From NCBI GenBank assembly GCA_963821495.1, contig CAWGEA010000001.1, forward strand, positions 323,487 through 387,486: a stretch of DNA of 64,000 bases. The letters are read 5' to 3'. Made by a program: the position numbers and the translations under genes. The notes beneath the pieces were generated by a model that was given only the letters and a program-made list of their open reading frames with translations, was not told where the DNA came from and did not search any database. The DNA comes from an uncultured Actinomycetes bacterium. Lineage in GTDB: Bacteria > Actinomycetota > Thermoleophilia > Gaiellales > Gaiellaceae. Below, in pieces: positions 1-8,753 of the stretch; within the stretch, counting starts at the first letter, position 1, and the number at the start of each line of letters is the position of its first letter.

Positions 1-426
1 GTTCTTCGAGCATGATCTGCGCTCAAATGTCCGTTCGCCCTTGCGAAAAGGAGCCGAAGATGCCAGTTCGCGATGTGGTATCGCATTGGACAATTGATAC
101 TGCAATCCCGCAACATGTGATTTCCACGCGCCAGACATGCCAGCCGTGGCCGGGATCCCGGCTTCTGTGGCCGCTTGCACACCTACCACCGACACACCGC
201 GCTGTGCCGCGGCGTCAATTGCCGCGATATCACACCCCGAAGCCTGATATCGCGGAGATACCAGCCGTTTTGACGACGTTTTCGGCCCCGAGACGGCACC
301 TGAGGGACTTGCTGCGACCCCCGGAGTCACCAACAGGCCGACCGCGGCGACGACCGTGCAGGCGACGGCCGTCCGCCAGAGCAGAGCAAGCCCGGTCGGG
401 GGTGTTGTCGGACGAGAAGCAGGCAA
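1..426 (-). CDS. possible hypothetical secreted protein, 3' end runs off the window
   Basis: On the minus strand, 142 codons stay open from TTG at 426 down to position 1. It is absent from the ORF track because no stop lies in the window. The N-terminus (TGLALLWRTAVACTVVAAVGLLVTPGVAAS) looks like a signal peptide. The region is visibly more AT-rich than the rest. No family recognised. Confidence 0.25.
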   Translation of the reverse strand, partial: MPASRPTTPPTGLALLWRTAVACTVVAAVGLLVTPGVAASPSGAVSGPKTSSKRLVSPRYQASGCDIAAIDAAAQRGVSVVGVQAATEAGIPATAGMSGAWKSHVAGLQYQLSNAIPHRELASSAPFRKGERTFERRSCSKN

Positions 427-518
427 TATGTCGGCGCGACGGGTTGCGATATGCGGTAGGTACCCAACCCGGGCGAGCGCAGATCACGAACATCAAGAAT
501 TCGACAAAACAATTCGAT

Positions 519-547
519 TTGCGATTGGAAAATGCGAAGGCTATAGT
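519..547 (+). promoter_or_regulatory. candidate sigma-70-type promoter for the sigma factor gene (TTGCGA-17 nt-TATAGT)
   Basis: TTGCGA at 519-524, a 17-nt spacer, then TATAGT at 542-547. It sits in an AT-rich tract about 40 nt upstream of ATG 585. Two AATTCGA direct repeats lie just upstream. Confidence 0.45.
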
Positions 548-584
548 CGCCGTAGGGTTACTTCGCGAGAGGAAAGGCTGGCTC

Positions 585-1502
585 ATGCGATCCCAGACGC
601 TTCCGGAACGACCGCCGCATCCGAAGCGCCCGGGCCGGCAGATCGTCGCCGCCCGGGTGACGCCCAACCGGGCGCCGGGAGGGCTGCCGCGTGCCGAGAC
701 GGATGAGTCGCCGCGGTCGGCGGTGTCCCGCAAACGGCCCACGACGCGCGACACGGCGCGGGTGCTGCTCCGCGCATACCACGAGCATGGCGACCTCGCC
801 GCGCGCGAGCGCCTGATCCAGCAGTACATGCCGCTCGTCAAGAGCCTTGCCCGCCGCTACAGCATGGGCGGCGAGCTCTACGAGGACCTCGTCCAGGTCG
901 GGTGCATCGGGCTGATCAAGGCCGTCGACCGCTTCGACGCGGGGCGGGCCGAGTTCGGCGCCTTCGTCATCCCGAACGTCGCCGGCGAGATCAAGCGCTA
1001 CCTCCGCGACCGGGCCTGGCCGGTGAGGGTCCCGCGTCGGCTCCAGGAGCTGCGGCCGGGGCTTCGTGCATGCTCGGCAGAGCTGTCTGCGCAGCTCGCG
1101 CGCCCCGCGACGGTCTCCGAGATCGCCGACCGCTCGGGGATCGCCGAGCAAGAGGTCGTTGCCGCCCTCGACACGGAGCGGATCCAGGCGCCCCTCTCGC
1201 TCTCGGACGTCGCAAGCCAGGACGACGAGAGCTACTGCGAGCTCGACGTCCTCGAGGGCGGCTACGAGCGCGGCGAGCAGCGGGCACTCCTCGCCGTTGG
1301 CTTCCGGGTGCTCGACGAGCGCGAGCGTCGCCTGCTGCATCTGCGCTACTTCGCCGGGCTGAGCCAGCCCCAGATCGCGAGGGAGATCGGGATCTCGCCG
1401 ATCCACGTCTCGCGCCTGACGCGCCGTGCGCTGTTGAAGCTCCGAGCCGAGATCGGCCCTACGCAGAGCCCTGCCGCCGCCCAAGAGGCTGTCGCGAGCT
1501 GA
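585..1502 (+). CDS. RNA polymerase sigma factor, SigB/SigF/SigG (group 3) family
   Basis: Translation shows regions 2 to 4: YMPLVKSLARRY, DLVQVGCIGLIKAVDRFD, IKRYLRD and LSQPQIAREIGISPIHVSRL. The internal ATG at 585 is preceded by GAGAGGAAAGG. The upstream part of ORF 12..1502 is not sigma-like. Confidence 0.85.
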   Translation: MRSQTLPERPPHPKRPGRQIVAARVTPNRAPGGLPRAETDESPRSAVSRKRPTTRDTARVLLRAYHEHGDLAARERLIQQYMPLVKSLARRYSMGGELYEDLVQVGCIGLIKAVDRFDAGRAEFGAFVIPNVAGEIKRYLRDRAWPVRVPRRLQELRPGLRACSAELSAQLARPATVSEIADRSGIAEQEVVAALDTERIQAPLSLSDVASQDDESYCELDVLEGGYERGEQRALLAVGFRVLDERERRLLHLRYFAGLSQPQIAREIGISPIHVSRLTRRALLKLRAEIGPTQSPAAAQEAVAS

Positions 1503-1652
1503 CGCAGCGGGATTCTCGCGCCTCCTCGCCCGTACGCGGGTGCGTCATACAATTGTCGCCGGGTGAGACCGCGGACGCGCCAAGAAGCCGATCCGGCACA
1601 TCCGGCGCAGGACACCGCGCCCGCCGCCGCTCGCGCTGAGGGCTCGCCCGAG

Positions 1653-2165
1653 ATGCCCTATCCCGTGACCCTCGTCCACGACGACACGGAGTGGGTGGCG
1701 TCGGTCGACGCGCTGCCCGGCTGTACCGCGCGCGGGGCGACTCCGGACGAAGCCGTGGAGCGCGCGTCCGACGCGATGACCGCCTGGCTCGCGAGCGCGA
1801 GACGCGAGGGCAAGGACGTCCCCGAGCCGAAGGCGTCGCAATCCCACAGCGGCCGGCTGCTGCTGCGGATGCCGCAGACACTGCACGCCGAGCTGGCTCG
1901 AACCGCCGAGCGGGAGCACGTGAGCCTGAACCAGTTCATCACCGACGTGCTCGCCGGGGCCCTCGGCTGGCGCACGACCGGACGAAAGGCGCAGGTGACC
2001 CGCACGGTGCGCGGGCTCGACGGCGACGACCAGGCCGAGCCCGGAGCGGCCCCCGGCGAGGGGTCGCGCTTCGGCACCGCGGTCTTCATTGCCAACGGCG
2101 TCGTCGTGGTGATCGCGGCCGTCGTCGCGATCATCGTCCTGCTCGTGTGGCTAAAAACGCGCTAG
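1653..2165 (+). CDS. HicB-family antitoxin-like protein with RHH segment and C-terminal transmembrane helix
   Basis: N-terminus (VTLVHDDTEWVASVDALPGCTARGATPDEAVERASDAM) is HicB-like. SGRLLLRMPQTLHAELARTAEREHVSLNQFITDVL is the HicB-type ribbon-helix-helix. The C-terminus (FGTAVFIANGVVVVIAAVVAIIVLLVWL) is hydrophobic. Confidence 0.75.
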   Translation: MPYPVTLVHDDTEWVASVDALPGCTARGATPDEAVERASDAMTAWLASARREGKDVPEPKASQSHSGRLLLRMPQTLHAELARTAEREHVSLNQFITDVLAGALGWRTTGRKAQVTRTVRGLDGDDQAEPGAAPGEGSRFGTAVFIANGVVVVIAAVVAIIVLLVWLKTR

Positions 2166-2240
2166 CGGCGTTCGGGCTCGCATCGCCGGCCCTTCAGGCG
2201 TAAAGTGTCGGGCCTACGACGAGACGGGGGAGGTCGGATC

Positions 2241-2822
2241 GTGGGCATCGGGTCGAAGTACCGTCGACGAGGAATCGCTCTTCTCGTGAGCGCCGCGCTG
2301 TCCGGGGCGGCGACCGGGAACGCGGCAGCCCAGGGAAACCCGGGGCCAGAGCCCTCGCCGGTGCCCGCGCGTCCGGCGGTGCATCCGGAGGCTGCGCCGG
2401 GGGTACAGTCGCCGCAGGGCTCGTCGACGTCCAGCGCGCCGGTGCGCTCCGTCCCGTCGACGCCGTCGCGCAGCTCGGCGCCCGCAGCCTCCGCGCCGAG
2501 GACCGTCCAGCGGACGCGGGCGCGCGCGGTCGTTAGGCGCGCGCAGACCCGCACTGCGAAGCCGGCGCGGCAGCCCGCTGCACGGCCGGGCCGGCCGCTC
2601 GCGTTGTTGGCGTCCGGCGGCGAGCTGCTCACGACGTCCGCCCGGGATCTCGCCCAGCCGTCGTCGTCCGGAGCGTCCTTGCTGCTGCTCCTGGTCGGCC
2701 TCGCGCTCGTCGTGCTCGTGGTCGGCGAGACGACGTTCCTCCGGAAGGCCGGGCGCGCTCCCGAGCGGCGGCGCACCGCGGAGGAGCCGCTCCCTATTCG
2801 CCGGGTTCAGCTGAAGCGCTGA
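2241..2822 (+). CDS. hypothetical Pro/Ser/Ala-rich protein with signal peptide and C-terminal TM anchor
   Basis: GTG at 2241 follows GGGGGAGG. The N-terminus ([25 protein letters not shown]) is signal-like and the C-terminus ([16 protein letters not shown]) is hydrophobic. Low complexity, and the last 29 nt overlap the convergent GT4 gene. Confidence 0.4.
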   Translation: MGIGSKYRRRGIALLVSAALSGAATGNAAAQGNPGPEPSPVPARPAVHPEAAPGVQSPQGSSTSSAPVRSVPSTPSRSSAPAASAPRTVQRTRARAVVRRAQTRTAKPARQPAARPGRPLALLASGGELLTTSARDLAQPSSSGASLLLLLVGLALVVLVVGETTFLRKAGRAPERRRTAEEPLPIRRVQLKR

Positions 2823-3957
2823 GCGTTCGCCGGGCCGGCTCCGCCGGGAGGTGGACGCGCTGCAGCTCGCGCCGGTAGAGCTCCAGATGCTCGGCGCGAA
2901 AGTGTGCGACGTCGAAGCGGCGAAACGCCCGCGTGCGGCCCGCCGCGCCGAGTCGGCGGCGCAGGGCAGGATCCGCCACCAGCCGCCCTAGCGCCGCGGC
3001 CAGTGCCTCCGGGTCGCCCGCCGGGACGAGAATCCCGGTCTCGCCGTCAACGACCGCCTCTGCGACCCCGCCGACGTCCGTGGCGACGACCGGCAGACCC
3101 GCCGCCATCGCCTCGAGGATCGAGACCGGAAAGCCTTCCGAGCGGCTCGAGAGCACGAAGACGTCCGAGCGCGCGAGCACGTCGGAGACATCGCCGCGCG
3201 CGCCGAGGAGGTCGACCCGATCCGACAGCCCGCGCGCTCGAAGGGCGGCAGAAACCTCGCTGAGGCCCGGCCCGTCGCCCACCAGCGCCGCGCGGTAGCC
3301 GTCATCGACGAGCTCCAGGGCCGCGAGCAGGCTCGAGAAGTCCTTCGGGTAGGCGAAGCGGCCGATGCCGACGATCCGCACCGGCCCCGGCGACTCGTCC
3401 CGGGTGCCGAACGACGCGACGTCGACCGCGTTGTGGATCACGGCCGTGTGCGCGGGGTCGCAGGCGCGCGCTGCGATGCCCTGCTGGCGCGTAGCCTCGG
3501 ACACGCACACGACGGCCGTCGTCAACGGCCGGACGAGCCGCTCGATCCGAAGAAAGAGCCGGCCGCCGAGGCCGCCGTACGCCGCGAACGACCAGCCGTG
3601 CACCGTGAAGATGCGAACGGGCACGCCGGCGAGCGACGCCGCGACGCGTCCGAGCACGCCCATCTTCGAGCTGTGCGCATGAACGATGTCGGGCCGCAGC
3701 CGCCGGCAGAGCCGCACGAGCTCGACGAGCCCGAGTGCGTCGTGCCACGGATGGATCGACCGGCGGACGTGCTTCAGCTCGACGAACGGCACCCCAGCGG
3801 CCTCGGCCGACTGGCGCAAAGGCCCCGAGCCCTGCGCGGCCAGCGTGACCTCGAACCGCTCGGTCAGACCGGGCAGGAGGAGCGCGACCGCCGTCTGGGC
3901 GCCTCCGAGCTCGCTCAGCGTGATCAGGACGAGCAGGCGGGGCCTGGGAGCCGGCAT
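2794..3957 (-). CDS. glycosyltransferase family 4 (GT-B)
   Basis: Typical GT4 C-terminal signature: [45 protein letters not shown] at 3957 is in frame; the upstream part of ORF 2794..4563 is not GT-like. Confidence 0.9.
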   Translation of the reverse strand: MPAPRPRLLVLITLSELGGAQTAVALLLPGLTERFEVTLAAQGSGPLRQSAEAAGVPFVELKHVRRSIHPWHDALGLVELVRLCRRLRPDIVHAHSSKMGVLGRVAASLAGVPVRIFTVHGWSFAAYGGLGGRLFLRIERLVRPLTTAVVCVSEATRQQGIAARACDPAHTAVIHNAVDVASFGTRDESPGPVRIVGIGRFAYPKDFSSLLAALELVDDGYRAALVGDGPGLSEVSAALRARGLSDRVDLLGARGDVSDVLARSDVFVLSSRSEGFPVSILEAMAAGLPVVATDVGGVAEAVVDGETGILVPAGDPEALAAALGRLVADPALRRRLGAAGRTRAFRRFDVAHFRAEHLELYRRELQRVHLPAEPARRTLSASAEPGE

Positions 3958-4059
3958 CTGCGGAAGTAGGTACCCGCATCCTCCCCCACGATGTCGCCGG
4001 TAGACCGCTCCGGCGGATCGCAGTACCCTCGTCGTCGTGCGACCGACGGTGTGGCTCTC

Positions 4060-5778
4060 ATGGTGACGGCCGACGACGTTCGTCGCGTTCGGATCTTCGC
4101 CGACCTCGACGGGCCCGCGTGCGAACGACTTTCGCGCGTGGCGGCCGACATCAGTCTCGCGGCGGGTGAATACGCCGCCCACGAGGGCGAGGAGCGGGCC
4201 CTGTTCGCGCTGCTCGAAGGCCGGATCGAGGCGGTGAAGGTCGTCGATGGAATCGACCGGGTCGTCGGCGAGCGAGGTCCGGGCGACATCTGTGGCGAGG
4301 TGCCGATCACGCTCGGCACGCTGTTCCCGGTCGGGTTTCGCGCCGCGGAGCCGTGCCGCGTCATGCGAATCGAACCGGAGGATTACCACGCCGTCGCGGC
4401 GCTCGCGCCGGAGGTCGCCAAGCAGGTCGGAAAGCTGGCGAGCGAGCGGATCAGCGGGCCGCGCGGGCTGCAAGGCATCGCGGCCGAGCCGCCGCCTCCT
4501 CGCGCCGTGGTGCTCGGACACCAGTTGGACGCCCAGTGCACCGAGCTGCGGCGCTTCCTCCACCGTAACCAGATCTCGTTCAACTGGCTCAAGCCGGACG
4601 ACCCGGATGTCGGCGAGCAGTGGGGCGGCGCCGTCCCCGTCGACGACGACCTTCCGGCGATTCGCGTGATCGGCGGGAAGACGGTGGTGAAGCCGCAGCT
4701 CCGCCGGATCGCGGAGCTACTGGGGCTCGAGACGGAGCCGGCCACAGCGGAGTACGACACGGTCATCGTCGGCGCCGGTCCGGCGGGTCTGGCAGCAGCT
4801 GTGTACGGCGCATCGGAGGGATTGCGGACGATCGTCGTCGAGCGGGAGGCGCCTGGCGGCCAGGCCGGCACCTCATCCCGTATCGAGAACTACCTCGGAT
4901 TCCCCTCGGGCGTGTCCGGCGACGAGCTCGCGAGCCGGGCGTTGCAGCAGGCGCGTCGGCTCGGCGCGGAGATCCTTGTCACCCGCTCGATCACGCGCAT
5001 CGACGCGCCGAACCGACAAGTGCACCTCGACGGCGGCGACGTCCTGCGTGCGAAGGCGATCATCCTCGCGTGCGGTGTGTCGTGGCGGCATCTGTCGGTC
5101 GAGGGTTTCGACCACCTCGTTGGGAAGGGTGTCTTCTACGGGGCCGCGCGCAGCGAGGCCGGGAACACGCACGGCCTGGACGTCCACATCGTCGGGGCCG
5201 GGAACTCGGCGGGGCAGGCCGCGATGTTCTTCGCGAACCACGCGCGGAGCGTGACGATTCTCTGCAGGGGCGCCACCCTCGCCAAGACCGAAGGAAGCGG
5301 CATGTCGCGCTACCTGATCGACCAGCTGGCGGCGCGAGCCAACGTCCACGTCCTCTACCGGACCGAGGTGGTCGCAGCTCACGGCGCGAACGCGCTCGAT
5401 GCGATCGACGTCCGCAACTCGGATACGGGCGAGACGACGCGGCTCGAGTCGGGAGGGCTGTTCCTGTTCATCGGTGCAGACGCCGAGACCGGCTGGCTTC
5501 CGCCCGAGATCGCGCTCGACCGGCGCGGCTACGTGCTCACCGGTCCCGACGTCGGCGCCGAGGCCGAATGGCACCTCGACCGCGATCGCTACCTCCTCGA
5601 GACCAGCATGGCGGGCATCTTCGCGTGCGGCGACGTTCGCTCCGGCCCGGTCAAGCGCGTCGCCTCCGCCGTGGGTGAGGGCAGCTTGGCGATCGCATTC
5701 GTGCACCAGTACCTGCGAGAGATCGGAGCGACGTCAACCGACGCAGTTGCCGCGACAGCTTCTGCAGCGGCCTCGTAG
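4060..5778 (+). CDS. cyclic-nucleotide-binding domain fused to thioredoxin-reductase-like FAD/NAD(P) oxidoreductase
   Basis: N-terminal cNMP-binding fold (IFADLD...[10 protein letters not shown]...GDICGEVPI). Two Rossmann motifs follow ([16 protein letters not shown] and [16 protein letters not shown]), then the TrxR-like C-terminus GIFACGDVR. Confidence 0.9.
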   Translation: MVTADDVRRVRIFADLDGPACERLSRVAADISLAAGEYAAHEGEERALFALLEGRIEAVKVVDGIDRVVGERGPGDICGEVPITLGTLFPVGFRAAEPCRVMRIEPEDYHAVAALAPEVAKQVGKLASERISGPRGLQGIAAEPPPPRAVVLGHQLDAQCTELRRFLHRNQISFNWLKPDDPDVGEQWGGAVPVDDDLPAIRVIGGKTVVKPQLRRIAELLGLETEPATAEYDTVIVGAGPAGLAAAVYGASEGLRTIVVEREAPGGQAGTSSRIENYLGFPSGVSGDELASRALQQARRLGAEILVTRSITRIDAPNRQVHLDGGDVLRAKAIILACGVSWRHLSVEGFDHLVGKGVFYGAARSEAGNTHGLDVHIVGAGNSAGQAAMFFANHARSVTILCRGATLAKTEGSGMSRYLIDQLAARANVHVLYRTEVVAAHGANALDAIDVRNSDTGETTRLESGGLFLFIGADAETGWLPPEIALDRRGYVLTGPDVGAEAEWHLDRDRYLLETSMAGIFACGDVRSGPVKRVASAVGEGSLAIAFVHQYLREIGATSTDAVAATASAAAS

Positions 5779-5830
5779 CGTCCCGGCCGCGAACGCCCCC
5801 GAGACGAGAATGCGTCCTCGGCCTGGTTGA

Positions 5831-5919
5831 CGGCGGGGGTGGGATTCGAACCCACGAGCGCCTGTTACGGCGCCTGCGGTTTTCAAGACCGCCCCGTTCG
5901 ACCGCTCCGGCACCCCGCC
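5831..5919 (-). tRNA. tRNA-Ser (anticodon TGA)
   Basis: Minus-strand sequence GGCGGGGTGCCGGAGCGGTCGAACGGGGCGGTCTTGAAAACCGC...GGGTTCGAATCCCACCCCCGCCG. It has a 7-bp acceptor stem, anticodon loop CTTGAAA, a long variable arm and a TTCGAAT T-loop. CCA is not encoded. Confidence 0.9.
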
Positions 5920-5940
5920 TGCAAGGGATTGTGGCAGCGA

Positions 5941-7047
5941 CTAGCGCCTGACGATCTTGACCGCGTCTGCGTTGACGTAGCCGCCCGCCGTCGACGAGCG
6001 GCTGACGGTGATCGTCCGGTCGCCGGCGTTCAGGAGCTCGATGCCGAGATACGTCCAGGCGCCGCCGTTTCGCCGCTGGTCGACCCGGACACGCTGTGTT
6101 CCGAAGAGGAAGGCCGTCGCCGGGTTGTGGTCGGGGGCCGCCGGCCAGCGGGCGTAGACGAGGTAGCGGCCTCGCGCCGGGGCGCGCACCACGAAGCGGG
6201 CAGGGTCGGCCACGGTGCTGCGGCGCGCATACCGGTAGCTCGCTCCGTACCGCTGCGACGCGTGCGAAGAGCTGCGATGCCACGAGCCCGACGCCGCGAA
6301 GTGGCCGCGCGTCGCGTCGTCGACGACCTGCGTGTAGCTGGAAGAGGAGTCGACCGCCGTCGCGAATCCGTAGCCGCGCGCGCGGACGGCGGAGACCACC
6401 GCAGGCAGCGCGTCGGCATCCAGGGTCGAGCCGTCGCTTGCCCCACCCACGTGCATCAGGACGATCTCGCCGGGAGCGAGGTGGTCGAGCACGCGCTGGA
6501 CGATCGCGGCGTTCCCGCCCGCGGAGCGTCCCTGCCAGCCGAGCGTGTCGACCGTCCAGTAGACGCTTCCGTAGCCGAGCGAGGCGGCGATCCCGCGCGT
6601 GCGTGCGTCCCGTGCGCCGTAGGGGAAGCGGAGGAGGGGCCGGGTCTCGAGGCCCGCGATGCGCGCGAGCGCGGCCTGGCCGTCGACGATCTCCGCCCGA
6701 GCAGCCGCATCCGGGAGGTCGGTCAGATCGGCGTGCCCGTAGGTGTGGTTTCCGATCGGGAAGCCGGCGGCGATCGCCCGCGTCTGCGCCGGGTAGACCT
6801 CGGCCCAGCGGCCGGTGACGAAGAACGTCGCGGCGACGTGCTCGCGCCTGAGCGTGGAGAGGATCGACGGCACGCCCGCGGAGTTCCCGCCGCAGTCGAA
6901 CGTCAGCGCGACGACCTTCCGTGCGGTCGGGAGGCGAGACCACTCCCGGCGGACGAGCGGCGAACTCTGAACGGCCGCGGGCGCCGCCGCCCCGGAGAGG
7001 AAGACCGTGGCGGCGAGAAGCCCTAGGGCAGCCGCGCAGCGGTTCAT
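5941..7047 (-). CDS. secreted polysaccharide deacetylase (CE4/NodB) with golvesin-C-terminal-like domain
   Basis: Signal peptide, then NodB motifs: ALTFDCGG, GNHTYGHADL, LLRFPYG and LMHV. The C-terminal approximately 120 aa (WHRSSS...YLVYARWPAAPDHNPATAF...NADAVKIV) resembles golvesin-like domains. Confidence 0.85.
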   Translation of the reverse strand: MNRCAAALGLLAATVFLSGAAAPAAVQSSPLVRREWSRLPTARKVVALTFDCGGNSAGVPSILSTLRREHVAATFFVTGRWAEVYPAQTRAIAAGFPIGNHTYGHADLTDLPDAAARAEIVDGQAALARIAGLETRPLLRFPYGARDARTRGIAASLGYGSVYWTVDTLGWQGRSAGGNAAIVQRVLDHLAPGEIVLMHVGGASDGSTLDADALPAVVSAVRARGYGFATAVDSSSSYTQVVDDATRGHFAASGSWHRSSSHASQRYGASYRYARRSTVADPARFVVRAPARGRYLVYARWPAAPDHNPATAFLFGTQRVRVDQRRNGGAWTYLGIELLNAGDRTITVSRSSTAGGYVNADAVKIVRR

Positions 7048-7126
7048 CGCACCACCAGGGTCGCGGGCAGAAACGGGGCGTGCATCGGGGGAAAGGCCCC
7101 GCCCAGATACGGGGAACCCGCAGCCC

Positions 7127-8326
7127 CTAGGCGATGCGGGTGGGGGCGCCGAACTTCTGCAGCACGTCGGGCACCGCTCCCTGGAAGTTCTCCAGCACCG
7201 CGAGCGCCCAGCGATCGGTCACGGCCGTGCCGTTGAGCGTGTGCACGTACTCGGTGCCCCCGGTCGCCCGGTAGCGGATGCCGAGGCGCCGGGCCTGGTA
7301 GTCGGTCGTGTTCGAGGCCGAGGTGATCTCGCGATAGCGCTCCTGCGAAGGGAACCACGCCTCGATGTCGTAGCGCTTGGCCGCGGCCGCGCTCAGCTCC
7401 GAAGCCTCGATGTTGACGACCCGGTAGGGGAGCTCGAGCTCGGTGGCCAGAGACTCCTCGATCGCGAGCAGCCGCTCGTGCTCGTCCCACGACTCCTCGG
7501 GAAGGACGTAGGCGAACATCTCGACCTTGTTGAACTGGTGCACGCGGAACATCCCGCGCGTGTCGCGGCCGGCCGCGCCCGCCTCGCGGCGGAAGTTCGT
7601 CGAGAAGGCCGTGTAGCGAAGCGGCAGCCCGTCTCGCTCGAGGATCTCGCCCATGTGCAATCCGGCGAGCGCGACCTCGGAGGTGCCCGTCAGGTAGAGG
7701 CCCTCGTCGGCGACCTCGTAGATCTCGAAGCGCTCGGCCGGGAAGAAGCCGGTGCCGTACATCGCCTCCTCACGCACGAGCACGGGCGGGATCACGGCCT
7801 CGAAGCCCTGCGCGACCACGCGGTCGAGCGCCCAGCGGTAGAGGGCGAGCGCGAGCCGAGCCGTGTCGCCGACCATGTAGCCGAAGCGCGAGCCCGAGAG
7901 GCGTGCACCGCGCTCCATTTCGAAGCGGCCGAGCTCGAGATGCTCCTTGGCCTCGTCGAGCTGCGGCCGCTCGCCGACCTCGCGGACGATCTCGCCCTCG
8001 GCGTCGCCCGTCGCTCCGTCCGGGACCGACTCGTGCGCCGGGTTGGGGACCTTCTGCAGCAGCTCGTCACGCCGCGCCTCGGCCGCCGCGAGCTCTTCCT
8101 CGATGCGCCGCAGGTCCTCCTTCACGCCCTTGAGCTCCTCGACCTGCTCCGGCGTCGGCTTGCCCTTCAGCTTCTGCCGGCTGCGCAGCTCGTCGACCTG
8201 CGGCACGAGCTCGCGCCAGCGCGCGTCCGCTTCCAGCAGCTCGTCGAACACCTCGGCGCCGCCCTTTCGCGCGATCCCCGGCCGCACGCGGTCCGGGTCG
8301 CTGCGCGCGGCTCTGAGGTCGATCAA
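7127..8326 (-). CDS. serS: serine--tRNA ligase
   Basis: Full-length SerRS signature: IDLRAARSDPD..., coiled-coil arm, and class II motifs FRREAG, GMFRVHQFNKVEMF and TLNGTAV. TTG start at 8326 overlaps the upstream stop (TTGA). Confidence 0.93.
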   Translation of the reverse strand: MIDLRAARSDPDRVRPGIARKGGAEVFDELLEADARWRELVPQVDELRSRQKLKGKPTPEQVEELKGVKEDLRRIEEELAAAEARRDELLQKVPNPAHESVPDGATGDAEGEIVREVGERPQLDEAKEHLELGRFEMERGARLSGSRFGYMVGDTARLALALYRWALDRVVAQGFEAVIPPVLVREEAMYGTGFFPAERFEIYEVADEGLYLTGTSEVALAGLHMGEILERDGLPLRYTAFSTNFRREAGAAGRDTRGMFRVHQFNKVEMFAYVLPEESWDEHERLLAIEESLATELELPYRVVNIEASELSAAAAKRYDIEAWFPSQERYREITSASNTTDYQARRLGIRYRATGGTEYVHTLNGTAVTDRWALAVLENFQGAVPDVLQKFGAPTRIA

Positions 8327-8742
8327 CCTTGCTTCTGGGTCAGATACGCAACAAGGTCGGCGATCTGCTTGTCCGAGAGCGTCTGGCCGAAGTTGGGCAT
8401 CGACGGTGGATAGCCCTTCTCGATGTACGCGCTCGGGTTCGCGATCGACTCGTGCGTGAAATCCTGGAGCGAGCCCTGGTTCGCGGTCTTCGCGTACTGG
8501 GCGAGCTTGTCGAGATCGGGGCCGACGTTCCCGTTCGAGCCCGCAGGCTGGAACTTGTGGCAGCCGCCGCATCCCTGCGCCGTGAAGAGCGTCGCGCCGG
8601 CCTTGGCGTCCCCGGTCGCGGCCTGCGCGGTGCTGGTCGGCAGCGTGCCGACGACTTCGCTCGCCGTCGGCGAGACGGTCGAGCCGCCGCCGCAGCCGGC
8701 GAGCAGGAACGCGAACGCGAGGAACGGGAGGAGGCGGCGCAT
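8323..8742 (-). CDS. c-type cytochrome, probable lipoprotein
   Basis: Lipobox-type signal FAFLLAGCGG, a single heme motif CGGCH, and a distal Met region (PPSMPNFG). Confidence 0.85.
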   Translation of the reverse strand: MRRLLPFLAFAFLLAGCGGGSTVSPTASEVVGTLPTSTAQAATGDAKAGATLFTAQGCGGCHKFQPAGSNGNVGPDLDKLAQYAKTANQGSLQDFTHESIANPSAYIEKGYPPSMPNFGQTLSDKQIADLVAYLTQKQG

Positions 8743-8753
8743 CGGGCGCGAGT

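Noticed and set aside
12-584. N-terminal 191 codons of ORF 12..1502
   Set aside because: There is no sigma-factor similarity, the composition is Pro/Arg-rich, and a good RBS and promoter precede the internal ATG at 585.
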